Source of the DNA: Solirubrobacterales bacterium
Lineage (GTDB): Bacteria; Actinomycetota; Thermoleophilia; Solirubrobacterales; 70-9
Length of the DNA stretch: 64,000 bases
Direction: 5' to 3'
Assembly: GCA_035502495.1 (NCBI GenBank)
Contig: DATJUK010000141.1
Span: forward strand, 22,545 to 86,544
Shown: one piece after another, positions 14,408 through 22,302 of the stretch
Layout of the letters: every line of letters begins with the position of its first letter
Position numbering within the stretch: the stretch's first letter is position 1
Position numbers and translations under genes: made by a program
Notes under the pieces: generated by a model
What the model was told of the DNA's origin: nothing
What the model saw: the letters and a program-made list of their open reading frames with translations, nothing else
Databases searched by the model: none

Positions 14408-14776
14408 ATGCCGCCGAAGCGCCGTCGGCTCTCGCGCAGCGGCGAGTTCGACCGCGTCTATCGCGACGGCTCATCGCATGCGACCCGCTATCTCGTCCTC
14501 TACTCGTTTCCTCGTCGCGACGAGGAGCGCGAAGACGTGAGGCTCGGCGTGTCGGTATCGCGCAAGGTGGGCGGATCCGTGGACCGCAACAAGGTCAAGC
14601 GGACCCTGCGTGAAGCCTTCTGGTCGCTCTCCGAGCGCCTGCCGGACAAACATGACTTCGTAATCGTCGCCCGGGCCGACATCGGCGGGTTGATCGAGAA
14701 GGAAGGAACCGCCGGGGTGACCAAATCGCTCGAAGAGGCGATGGACGCCAGCTTCGGCGGGGGCCGTTCCACGTGA
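14408..14776 (+). CDS. rnpA: Ribonuclease P protein component
   Basis: Basic ~120-aa protein (..RLSRSGEFDRVYRDG.., ..VSRKVGGSVDRNKVKRTLREAF..) directly after rpmH. Confidence 0.9.
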   Translation: MPPKRRRLSRSGEFDRVYRDGSSHATRYLVLYSFPRRDEEREDVRLGVSVSRKVGGSVDRNKVKRTLREAFWSLSERLPDKHDFVIVARADIGGLIEKEGTAGVTKSLEEAMDASFGGGRST

Positions 14777-14780
14777 AACG
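14765..14780. promoter_or_regulatory. parS-like site 1 (CGTTCCACGTGAAACG)
   Basis: The central 14 nt GTTCCACGTGAAAC fit the parS consensus tGTTNCACGTGAAACa. It contains the rnpA stop (TGA 14774-76) and the first yidD start candidate (GTG 14773). Confidence 0.75.
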
Positions 14781-15087
14781 GCCGGCCGAGTCCACCGAGG
14801 ATGCGTTCCACGTGAAACGCGTGGCCCTGGCTCCCATCCGCGCCTATCAGCGCTGGATCTCGCCTTCGCGCCCCCGTCGCTGCAAGTACGAGCCGACCTG
14901 CTCTTCCTACACCGTCGAGGCGGTCGAGCGCTTCGGCGTGCTCCGGGGCCTCCTCCTCGGCTCCTGGCGCCTCCTGCGCTGCAACCCGTTCTCCCACGGG
15001 GGCTTCGACCCGGTCCCGGACCGCTTCACCCTCCGCGGCCTCGGTCACGTCCACCCGGCCGACTACCACGGTGAGGCGCGCTCCTGA
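14773..15087 (+). CDS. yidD: Membrane protein insertion efficiency factor YidD
   Basis: ..IRAYQRWISPSRPRRCKYEPTCSSYTVEAVERFGVLRGLLLGSWRLLRCNPFSHGGFDPVP. The start is either GTG 14773 or GTG 14812. Confidence 0.9.
   Translation: MKRPAESTEDAFHVKRVALAPIRAYQRWISPSRPRRCKYEPTCSSYTVEAVERFGVLRGLLLGSWRLLRCNPFSHGGFDPVPDRFTLRGLGHVHPADYHGEARS
14804..14819. promoter_or_regulatory. parS-like site 2 (CGTTCCACGTGAAACG)
   Basis: Identical 16-mer 39 bp downstream of site 1. It contains the second in-frame GTG start candidate of yidD (14812). Confidence 0.75.
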
Positions 15088-15857
15088 TGTTCATCCCCGA
15101 CGCGAACATCCTGCAGCCGCTGATCGACGTCGCCAACGCGGTCCTCAAGTTCTTCCACGACAACGTCGGCCTCTCCTGGGGCATGTCGATCATCGCGATC
15201 ACCGTCTGCACCCGGGCGCTTCTGATCCCGCTGACCTACAAACAGCTCAAAGGCATGCGGGCGATGCAGGCGCTCCAGCCGCAGATCAAAGAGATCCAGG
15301 AGAAATACAAAAACGACAAACAGCGCATGCAGCAGGAAATGATGCGCTTCTACAAAGAGAACAAAGTCAACCCGTTCGCTTCCTGCATCCCGCTGCTGGC
15401 TCAGCTCCCGGTCTTCATCACCCTCTTCTACACGCTCCGCCACGAGCTCCCGAAAGACATCTGCTCGAACCTCGGGCTCGCGGAAGGCTGCGAAACCGCC
15501 GGCCACGCGTCCTTCCTCTTCATCAACGACCTGACCGCGAAGGCGCACGGCGCCGAACTGATCGCGCTCCTGGTCCTCTACGTCGGCACCCAGCTGATCT
15601 CCGGCTTCTTCATGTCGGTGACGGCCGACAAATCGCAGCGGACGATGATGTTCGTCCTACCGCTGATCTTCGTGCCCTTCGTGATCAGCTTCCCGGCGGG
15701 CCTGATCCTCTACTGGATCACGACCAATATCTGGACGATCGGCCAGGGCCTCGTGATCAAACGGATCATCCCGGCGCCGCACGTGCCTACGGTGGAGGAG
15801 AAACGGGCGGCCAAACCGCCGCCTAAACCGCCCAAAAAAAAGAAGAGGCGGCGCTGA
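15087..15857 (+). CDS. yidC: YidC/Oxa1-family membrane protein insertase (short form)
   Basis: ..IIAITVCTRALLIPLTYKQLKGMRAMQALQPQIKEIQEKYKNDKQRMQQEMMRFYKENKVNPFASCIPLLAQLPVF.. with a basic C-tail. Its ATG overlaps the yidD stop (TGATG). Confidence 0.93.
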   Translation: MFIPDANILQPLIDVANAVLKFFHDNVGLSWGMSIIAITVCTRALLIPLTYKQLKGMRAMQALQPQIKEIQEKYKNDKQRMQQEMMRFYKENKVNPFASCIPLLAQLPVFITLFYTLRHELPKDICSNLGLAEGCETAGHASFLFINDLTAKAHGAELIALLVLYVGTQLISGFFMSVTADKSQRTMMFVLPLIFVPFVISFPAGLILYWITTNIWTIGQGLVIKRIIPAPHVPTVEEKRAAKPPPKPPKKKKRRR

Positions 15858-15899
15858 AAGGGGGCTCCTGATCGAGGGGCCCTTTTTTGGGTTTGCGGG

Positions 15900-16012
15900 G
15901 AGAGCGTTCTGACCCTCTCCTCACTCAAACTCGCGCTGGTATCGGTGCGGCCTGGCCGAGGTCGCCGCAGGGCGCTCGTTACAAGCCGTTCGGAGAGGGT
16001 CAGAACGCTCTC
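15900..16012 (+). repeat. Hairpin repeat element, type 1, copy C
   Basis: Perfect 21-bp arms GAGAGCGTTCTGACCCTCTCC / GGAGAGGGTCAGAACGCTCTC. Inner hairpin TGCGGC-CTGGCCGAGGTC-GCCGCA. The core is homologous to copy A. Confidence 0.88.
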
Positions 16013-16085
16013 TGCGGGCCATGGAGGGGGGCCCCTTGGCGCCCCGCGCTTGCTGGCTGTCTGCGGCCTCGCCTCGGGTCGCGGT

Positions 16086-16152
16086 CAGCACCAGTCGGCC
16101 GATCAGCATCGGACAGCCGACCAGCACAAGTCGCCGATCAGCACCACGAAGC
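16086..16152. repeat. Degenerate ~18-bp tandem repeat (about 3.5 units) in the spacer between copies C and D
   Basis: CAGCACCAGTCGGCCGAT / CAGCATCGGACAGCCGAC / CAGCACAAGTCGCCGAT / CAGCACCACGAAGC.. Confidence 0.45.
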
Positions 16153-16245
16153 TGTGGTCTATTCCGGCGCTTCGAGGTGTCTCAACCGGCGCCTCGGGTG
16201 ACTCACGTCGACCACACCGGCACTGGAGGATTCCCGGGCTTGTGA

Positions 16246-16358
16246 GAGGGGGTCGGGGCACCCTCCGAACGGCTTGTAACGAGCGCCCTGCGGCGACCTC
16301 GGCCAGGCCGCAACCGATCCAGCGCGAGTTTGAGAGAGGAGGGTGCCCCGACCCCCTC
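16246..16358 (-). repeat. Hairpin repeat element, type 2, copy D, inverted relative to copy C
   Basis: Perfect 21-bp arms GAGGGGGTCGGGGCACCCTCC / GGAGGGTGCCCCGACCCCCTC. The 71-nt core is the near-exact reverse complement of the copy C core (one substitution and one 1-nt shift by eye). Confidence 0.88.
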
Positions 16359-16377
16359 CCTCAGGGCCTCACCCCAA

Positions 16378-17067
16378 CTACCCGCGCGGCCGCTTCTTCG
16401 CCATCCCAGACTTGCGAGGGAGGTCCGCCGGCGTCGGACCCGACTTGCGGAGGACGTGGAGGTGGCGATGCTCTGACCCCGCCCGCCCGCCGACGTCGAG
16501 GATCGACTCGGGGGTCATCGCCAGGGACGCCCCGGCGCGGGCCATCTGGGCCTCTTCCCCTTCGTCGCGCCTGCCCTTCCAGGCGACCAGGACGCCGCCT
16601 TCGCGCAGGAGCGGCGAGGCGAGCTCGGCGAGGGTCGAGAGGCGGCCGACGGCGCGGGCGGTGACCACGTCGTAGGACTCGCGGCCGCCGGCCGGAGGCT
16701 CGACCCGGGCGACGTCCTCGGCCCGGGCGGTGATCGCGACGGCGTCGGCGATGCCCGCCGCGGCCGCCGCGCGCTCGATGAAGGCGGTCTTACGGCCCAC
16801 CGACTCGATCATGTCGACCCGCGCCAGGGGCAGGGAGGTCGCCAGGACGAGGCCCGGAAAGCCGGCTCCAGAGCCGATATCCGCGATTCGGGAGGCCTCG
16901 CGGAGCTCCGGCACCTCGAGCCCGGTGAGGCTGTCCTCGACATGGACCTTCCAGGCGCGCTCGTCCACCACGCTGCTGACCGAGGCGCGCTCGGCGGCGA
17001 GGAGCTCGAGGACGGTTTCCAGGGAGCGGCGCCCGGCGTCGGTGAGCGACGCGGCCGGATCGCTCAC
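16378..17067 (-). CDS. rsmG: 16S rRNA (guanine527-N7)-methyltransferase RsmG (GidB)
   Basis: ..IADIGSGAGFPGLVLA.. SAM motif, ..YDVVTARAVGRLSTLAELASPLLREGGVLVAWKG... The GTG start overlaps the jag stop (GTGA). Confidence 0.93.
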   Translation of the reverse strand: MSDPAASLTDAGRRSLETVLELLAAERASVSSVVDERAWKVHVEDSLTGLEVPELREASRIADIGSGAGFPGLVLATSLPLARVDMIESVGRKTAFIERAAAAAGIADAVAITARAEDVARVEPPAGGRESYDVVTARAVGRLSTLAELASPLLREGGVLVAWKGRRDEGEEAQMARAGASLAMTPESILDVGGRAGSEHRHLHVLRKSGPTPADLPRKSGMAKKRPRG

Positions 17068-17546
17068 TCGGAGACGAGCGGCGCGACGATCACGCAGCGG
17101 TGGGGCTCGTCGCCCTCGCTGTAGGTCTCGACCCCGGAGCGGCCTTTCAGACGTTCGTGGACGACGCGACGCTCCTGGGCGCTCATCGGGTCCATCTCGA
17201 CCACGCGATTGTTGGTCAGCGCCTGCTCGGCGGCGCGGTCGGCGCGGCTCTCGAGCGTCTCCTTGCGCCTGCCGCGATAGCCCGCGGCGTCGACGATCAC
17301 CCGTTTGCGGTCGCGCAGCCCGCGGAAGGCCGCCTGGTAGCAGAGCAGCTGCAGCGCGTCGATGGTCTGTCCCCGTTTGCCGATCAGGAGGCCGTAGTCG
17401 TCGCCGCCGACGACGGTGACCATGATCCGGTCGTCGTCCTCCTCGATCTCCACCTCGCCGTCGAGGTCGAGCTCGTCGAGCACGCCCTCGACCAGCTCGC
17501 GGACGCGCTCGGCAGGCGAATCGGGCCAGTCGGCCAGGTCGGACAC
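17064..17546 (-). CDS. jag: Jag/KhpB-type RNA-binding protein (KH plus R3H domains)
   Basis: ..LLIGKRGQTIDALQLL.. (KH) and ..MSAQERRVVHERLKGRSGVETYSEGDEPHRCVIV (R3H). Confidence 0.9.
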   Translation of the reverse strand: MSDLADWPDSPAERVRELVEGVLDELDLDGEVEIEEDDDRIMVTVVGGDDYGLLIGKRGQTIDALQLLCYQAAFRGLRDRKRVIVDAAGYRGRRKETLESRADRAAEQALTNNRVVEMDPMSAQERRVVHERLKGRSGVETYSEGDEPHRCVIVAPLVSE

Positions 17547-17654
17547 GCGCCCAGGCTATCCGACCGCCGCCCACCGCGGGGCACGAATCGGCCCGCCGCG
17601 CCAGATTCCGCGCTTGCCCACTCCAGACAGGACACTCATCTAGTCTGGGCGCCG

Positions 17655-18413
17655 ATGGGCACCGTCTACGCGATCGCGAACCAGAAGGGTGGCGTCGGCA
17701 AGACGACGAGCGCCGTCAACCTCGCCTCCTGCACCGCCTCCGAAGGCGAGCAGACGCTGCTGGTCGACCTCGATCCCCAGTGCAACGCGACCGTCGCGCT
17801 GGGCGGCGATCGGGACCTGCACCCCTCCTCCTACGACTGCCTCACCGGCGACACCGAGGTCGCCGCCGCCGCGCGCCCGGCCGGGCCCGACAACCTCTGG
17901 CTGGTCCCCGCCAACGTCGACCTGGCCGGGGCCGCGATCGAGCTCCCCCGGATCGAGAACTCCGAGACCCGTCTGCGCGACCGCCTCGGCCCGGTGCGGG
18001 AGCGCTTCGCCCGCACCTTCCTCGACTGCCCGCCCTCGCTCGGCCCGGTCTCGGTCAACGCCCTGGTCGCCGCCGACCGCGTCATCGTCCCGGTGCAGGC
18101 CGAGTACCTGGCGCTCGAGGGGCTGGTCCAGTTCCTGGAGACGCTGGGCCTGATCCGCCGCCGGCTGAACCCGCGCCTGGAGGTGTCGGGATTGCTCATA
18201 ACCATGCATGACGAGCGCACGCGGCTGGCCCAGGATGTCGAGGCCGAGCTGCGCGACCAGTTCCCCGGGATGGTCTTCGAGACGGTGATCCCGCGCAGCG
18301 TCAGGGTCGCCGAGTCGCCTAGCTATGGTCTCCCCGTGACCGAGCACGCCCCCACCTCGCGCGGTGCCCTCGCCTACAAGGCGCTGGCCAGGGAGCTCGT
18401 CACCCGTGGCTAG
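17655..18413 (+). CDS. parA: Chromosome partitioning ATPase ParA (Soj)
   Basis: Deviant Walker A: IANQKGGVGKTTSAVNLA. ..LLVDLDPQCNAT... Confidence 0.95.
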   Translation: MGTVYAIANQKGGVGKTTSAVNLASCTASEGEQTLLVDLDPQCNATVALGGDRDLHPSSYDCLTGDTEVAAAARPAGPDNLWLVPANVDLAGAAIELPRIENSETRLRDRLGPVRERFARTFLDCPPSLGPVSVNALVAADRVIVPVQAEYLALEGLVQFLETLGLIRRRLNPRLEVSGLLITMHDERTRLAQDVEAELRDQFPGMVFETVIPRSVRVAESPSYGLPVTEHAPTSRGALAYKALARELVTRG

Positions 18414-19284
18414 CGGGACCAAGCGCCGCGCCGGGCTCGGCCGCGGCCTGGCGGCGATCCTCCCGGAGACGCCCGCCGACGCCGCCACGGGTGAGCTGTT
18501 CGAGCTGCCGGTCGCCCTGATCAAGCCGAACCCGAGCCAGCCCCGCACCACCTTCGACCCCGACGCCCTCACTGCCCTCGCCGCCTCGATCGAGGCCACC
18601 GGCGTGGTCCAGCCGCTGCTCGTCCGCCCCCTCGCCGACGGCAGCTATGAGCTGGTCGCCGGCGAGCGCCGCTGGCGGGCCGCCCAGCAGGCCGGGCTGG
18701 AGAAGGTCCCGGCGGTGGTCCGCGACCAGGCCGAGCCGGAGCGCCTGCAGGCGGCGCTGATCGAGAACATGGTGCGCGAGGACCTCAACCCGGTCGAGGA
18801 GGCGAAGGCCTGCGCCGCCCTGGTCGAGGACCTCGGGCTGACCAAAGAGGAGCTGGCGCGCCGGGTCGGCCGCAGCCGCCCCGCGGTCTCCAACCTGATC
18901 CGCCTGCTGGAGCTGCCCGACGAGGCGCTCGACATGCTGCAGTCCGGTGAGCTCAGCGAGGGCCACGGACGCGCCCTCCTCGGCGCCAACGGCAACGACG
19001 TGCGGCGGCGGCTCGCGCGCGAGGCCGCGGCGGGGGGGTGGTCGGTCCGCGAGACCGAGAACCGGGTTCGGCTGGCCGGCCAGCCAAAAGCCAGGCCGAG
19101 GAGGGCCCCGGCCGATCCCGACCAGCGGGCCGCGCTCGAGGACGCGGGCGACGCGCTCGAGTCGGCGCTCGGCCAGGAGGTCGCCGTCAAGGCCCGCGGC
19201 ACCGGCATCGTCGTCGAGCTCCGCTTCGACGACCTGCGCGAAGCCCACGAGCTGGCCCGCCGGCTGCGTCGGCGGGGCAAGTGA
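18406..19284 (+). CDS. parB: Chromosome partitioning protein ParB (Spo0J)
   Basis: ..GLGRGLAAILPE.., ..QPRTTFD.., ..LVAGERRWRAAQQAGL.., HTH ..TKEELARRVGRSRPAVSNLIRLL... The GTG at 18406 overlaps the parA stop. Confidence 0.95.
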   Translation: MASGTKRRAGLGRGLAAILPETPADAATGELFELPVALIKPNPSQPRTTFDPDALTALAASIEATGVVQPLLVRPLADGSYELVAGERRWRAAQQAGLEKVPAVVRDQAEPERLQAALIENMVREDLNPVEEAKACAALVEDLGLTKEELARRVGRSRPAVSNLIRLLELPDEALDMLQSGELSEGHGRALLGANGNDVRRRLAREAAAGGWSVRETENRVRLAGQPKARPRRAPADPDQRAALEDAGDALESALGQEVAVKARGTGIVVELRFDDLREAHELARRLRRRGK

Positions 19285-19320
19285 TCGGCCCGCCGCCGCG
19301 CCGCTATCATCGCCGTCCCC

Positions 19321-19394
<74 letters not shown>

Positions 19395-19456
19395 CTCGGC
19401 CCCGTACACTTTTGGCCTCGACCTCTAGTTACGGCGGGAGCGACCTCTTGCAGCAG

Positions 19457-19939
19457 ATGCAGATCTACGGCGTGAGCTTCGACATGGTCGGCAAGCAGCC
19501 GATCGTCTTGTTGAAGACCGTGGACGGCAACCGGTTCCTGCCGATCTGGATCGGGCACCCGGAGGCGGCGGCGATCCTGATGAAGCTGCAGGGGGCCTCG
19601 ACGCCGCGGCCGATGACCCACGACCTGCTCTCCGACGTACTCGAGAACCTCGACGCGAAGTGCGAGCGGGTGGCGGTCACCGAACTGCGCGACAACACCT
19701 TCTACGCCTCGATCACCGTCTCCGTCGCCGGCTCGGAAATCGAGATCGACTCGCGCCCCTCCGACGCCCTCGCCCTGGCCGTCCGCGTCGCCGCCCCGAT
19801 CTTCGCCGCCGAGGAGGTCATCGAGGAGTCGGCGATCGAGTTCGAGCACGAGGTCGAGGACACGGAGGAAGTCGTCGACAAATTCAAAGACTTTCTGGAC
19901 GAGGTCTCGCCAGAAGATTTTGCGTCCGGCGATTCCTAG
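19457..19939 (+). CDS. Bifunctional nuclease (BFN/DUF151) family protein
   Basis: MQIYGVSFDMVGKQPIVLLK...FLPIWIGHPEAAAI...RPMTHDLL...SRPSDALALAVR... The track ORF starts 15 codons earlier, at TTG 19412. Confidence 0.8.
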   Translation: MQIYGVSFDMVGKQPIVLLKTVDGNRFLPIWIGHPEAAAILMKLQGASTPRPMTHDLLSDVLENLDAKCERVAVTELRDNTFYASITVSVAGSEIEIDSRPSDALALAVRVAAPIFAAEEVIEESAIEFEHEVEDTEEVVDKFKDFLDEVSPEDFASGDS

Positions 19940-20862
19940 ACCTGCAAACCGGCTAAGTGGAGGATACGCTCCACTAATTCCTCGAAGGACATCCCGGCTG
20001 CCTCGGCGGCCTGGGGGAGGAGGCTGGTGTCGGTGAGGCCGGGGATCGCGTTGGCCTCGAGGACCCAGGGGCCGTCGGCGGCGAGGATGATGTCGACGCG
20101 GGCGAAGCCCTCGCAGCCGAGCGCCTTGCAGGTGGCGAGGGCGGCGTCGGTGACCGCGGCGCGCTCGGTGGGGGAGAGGTCGGCGGGACAGACGAAGCGG
20201 GTGCGGCCGATCTCGTAGCGGGCCTCGAAGTCGTAGCGGTCGCCGCCGTCGGGGATCGCCTCGACGATCGGCAGCGGCTCGGTGCCGAGGACGCTGACCG
20301 CCAGCTCGCGGCCCGCGGCGTAGCGCTCCAGCATCACCCGGTCGTCGTAGGAGAAGGCGGCGACGAGGGCGCCGGGGACCTCGGCCGGCGCGCCCGCGAA
20401 CTTGATCCCGAGGGAGGAGCCGCCGCGGCTCGGCTTCACCACCAGGGGGAAGCCGAGGGTGCCCTCGAGGTCGGCGAGCGCGTCGGCGGCGCCGAGCTCG
20501 CGGAACGCGGTCTGGGTGAAGGCGAACGAATCGGGGGTGGGGATGCCGCCGCCGCGCATCGCCGCCTTCGCCATCACCTTGTCGATGCAGCGGGCGCAGG
20601 CGGCGGCGTCGGGCCCGGTGAAGGGGATGCCGAGGATTTCGAGCAGCTCCTGCGCGGTGCCGTCCTCGCCACCGACCCCGTGCATGGCGACGAAGGCGAC
20701 CTCGGGCCGCTCGGCGCGGAGGCGTTTCACGAGGTCCGGGCCGACGTCGATCGGGAGCGCCTCGTGGCCGAGGCGCTCGAGCGCGTCCTCGACCCGGGCG
20801 GCGGAGCGGAGCGAGACCCCGCGCTCGAGCGAGCGGCCGCCTTTGAGGACGGCGACCTTCAC
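19936..20862 (-). CDS. ddl: D-alanine--D-alanine ligase
   Basis: MKVAVLKGGRSLERGVSLRS..., ..FVAMHGVGGEDGTAQELLEILGIPFTG.., ATP-grasp C-terminus ..EANAIPGLT... Confidence 0.95.
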   Translation of the reverse strand: MKVAVLKGGRSLERGVSLRSAARVEDALERLGHEALPIDVGPDLVKRLRAERPEVAFVAMHGVGGEDGTAQELLEILGIPFTGPDAAACARCIDKVMAKAAMRGGGIPTPDSFAFTQTAFRELGAADALADLEGTLGFPLVVKPSRGGSSLGIKFAGAPAEVPGALVAAFSYDDRVMLERYAAGRELAVSVLGTEPLPIVEAIPDGGDRYDFEARYEIGRTRFVCPADLSPTERAAVTDAALATCKALGCEGFARVDIILAADGPWVLEANAIPGLTDTSLLPQAAEAAGMSFEELVERILHLAGLQV

Positions 20863-22247
20863 CCGTTCGCGCCCCCGGCCTTCCGCAGCGGGAAGACGTT
20901 GTCGGCCTCGTCGGCCTCGTCGGCGGCCGGGCGAGGGGCGGCCGTGGAGGGCACCTCGGCGGGACCGGGCGCCAGGGTCTCGTAGAGCTCGACCTGTTCG
21001 CGGATCACCCGCCCGATCCGGGCGATCCCCTCGCGGATTTCGGCGTCGGTGACGCCGCTGAAGTTCAGCCTCATGGAGTTCGCGCCGCGCCCGTCGACGT
21101 AGGCCGCCCGCCCCGGCACGAACGCCACGTCGCTGCGCAGCGCCTTCGCCAGCAGGTCTTCGGTGTCGATGTACTCGGGCAGCGTCGCCCAGATGAAGAG
21201 GCCGCCCTCGGGTTCGGTCCAGGTGGCGGCGGCGGGGAAGTGCTCGGCGAGCGCCGCCAGCATCGTGTCGCGTCGCCCCCGGTAGAGGCCGACCAGGTCG
21301 CCCACGTAGTTCTTCCAGCCCCCTTCGGCGAAGTACTGCCGGACGAAGAACTGGGTCAGGGTGGAGGTGCAGAGGTCGGCGGCGCCCTTGCCGAGCACGA
21401 CTTTCTCCAGCACCGGCGGCGGCGCCACCACCCAGCCGAGGCGGATCCCGGGGGAGAGGATCTTCGAGAACGTCCCCAGGTAGATGACGAAGTCACCGCC
21501 GTCGAGCTGGTAGAGCGGCGCCGGCGCCTCGCCGCCGTAGCGGAGCAGCCCGTAGGGATTGTCCTCGACCACCAGCAGCTCGTGCTCCTGGGCGAGCTCG
21601 ACCAGCCGCGCGCGCCGCTCGAGCGAGAGTGTCACCCCGCCCGGGTTCTGGAAGGTGGGCACGGTGTAGATGAACTTCGGCCGCCGCCCCGCCGCCCGCA
21701 GCTCGGCCAGCAGCTCCTCGAGCAGGTCGATGCGCATCCCCTCGGCGTCCATCTCCACCTGCCGCACGTCGGCCTGGTAGCTGCAGAAGACCGGCACCGC
21801 GCCGGGGTAGGTGGGCGCCTCGCAGATCACCACGTCGCCGGGGTCGATCAAGGTCTTGGCGACCAGGTCGATCGCCTGCTGGCCGCCGGTGGTGACGACG
21901 ATGTCGTCGGGATCGGGCAGCATCCCCTCGGCCGCCATCACCTCGACGATGCAGTCTTTGGTCTCGTCGAAGCCCTCGGTCGGCCCGTACTGGAGCGCCG
22001 CCGCCGCCGACTCGGCCGCGACCCGGCTCATCTGCGCGGCGAGGCTCTCCGCCGGGAAGGTCGAGGTGTCCGGCAGCCCGCCCGCCAGCGAGATCACTTC
22101 CGGGCGCGCGGTGACCGCCATCAGGTCGCGCATCGCCGAGGAGCGCATCACCGTGGTGCGCTCGGCGAAGAGCCCGGCGTAGCGCTCGAGGTCGCGGGTC
22201 GAGGTGTGCGCGCGGCGTTTGTGCGGCGGCTGGGGGACCTCAGTCAT
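20859..22247 (-). CDS. PLP-dependent aminotransferase, class I/II (2-aminoadipate/MocR-like catalytic type)
   Basis: ..ISLAGGLPD.., ..YGPTEG.., ..VVEDNPYG.., ..GTFSKILSPGIRLGWVV.. (PLP lysine). ATG at 22247. The upstream 140 codons of the track ORF are low-complexity shadow. Confidence 0.9.
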   Translation of the reverse strand: MTEVPQPPHKRRAHTSTRDLERYAGLFAERTTVMRSSAMRDLMAVTARPEVISLAGGLPDTSTFPAESLAAQMSRVAAESAAAALQYGPTEGFDETKDCIVEVMAAEGMLPDPDDIVVTTGGQQAIDLVAKTLIDPGDVVICEAPTYPGAVPVFCSYQADVRQVEMDAEGMRIDLLEELLAELRAAGRRPKFIYTVPTFQNPGGVTLSLERRARLVELAQEHELLVVEDNPYGLLRYGGEAPAPLYQLDGGDFVIYLGTFSKILSPGIRLGWVVAPPPVLEKVVLGKGAADLCTSTLTQFFVRQYFAEGGWKNYVGDLVGLYRGRRDTMLAALAEHFPAAATWTEPEGGLFIWATLPEYIDTEDLLAKALRSDVAFVPGRAAYVDGRGANSMRLNFSGVTDAEIREGIARIGRVIREQVELYETLAPGPAEVPSTAAPRPAADEADEADNVFPLRKAGGANG

Positions 22248-22302
22248 GCACGGAAGTGTGGCGGATTGCGGCCGGTGTGCCCACAGCGTTAGGTTTCCGG
22301 CC

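Noticed and set aside
15858-15892. Intrinsic terminator directly after yidC (AAAGGGGGCTCCTGATCGAGGGGCCCTTTTTT).
   Set aside because: A T6 run is present, but the best stem I could draw has only about 4+2 base pairs with an internal G-G mismatch. It is too weak to call. The adjacent perfect 21-bp hairpin (copy C) is the more likely 3'-end structure.
15945-16664. ORFs running through the repeat loci (4664..4858-, 15887..16201+, 15945..16664+, 16021..16245+).
   Set aside because: They cross palindromic repeat arms, lack coding periodicity and have repetitive Arg/Pro/Gly translations. The regions are better explained as non-coding repeats.
17547-17654. Possible remnant of the repeat core at the right breakpoint of the jag-rsmG inversion (..ACACTCATCTAGTCTGGGCGCC.. 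versus CCTCACT(C)AGACTCG(C/G)G..).
   Set aside because: Only about 13 of 17 positions match by eye, there is no flanking inverted repeat, and the match could easily be chance. It is recorded only as something an alignment could test.
19936-19939. The convergent BFN-nuclease and ddl genes share a palindromic CTAG that provides both stop codons.
   Set aside because: The overlap is real but trivial, and nothing suggests a functional consequence.
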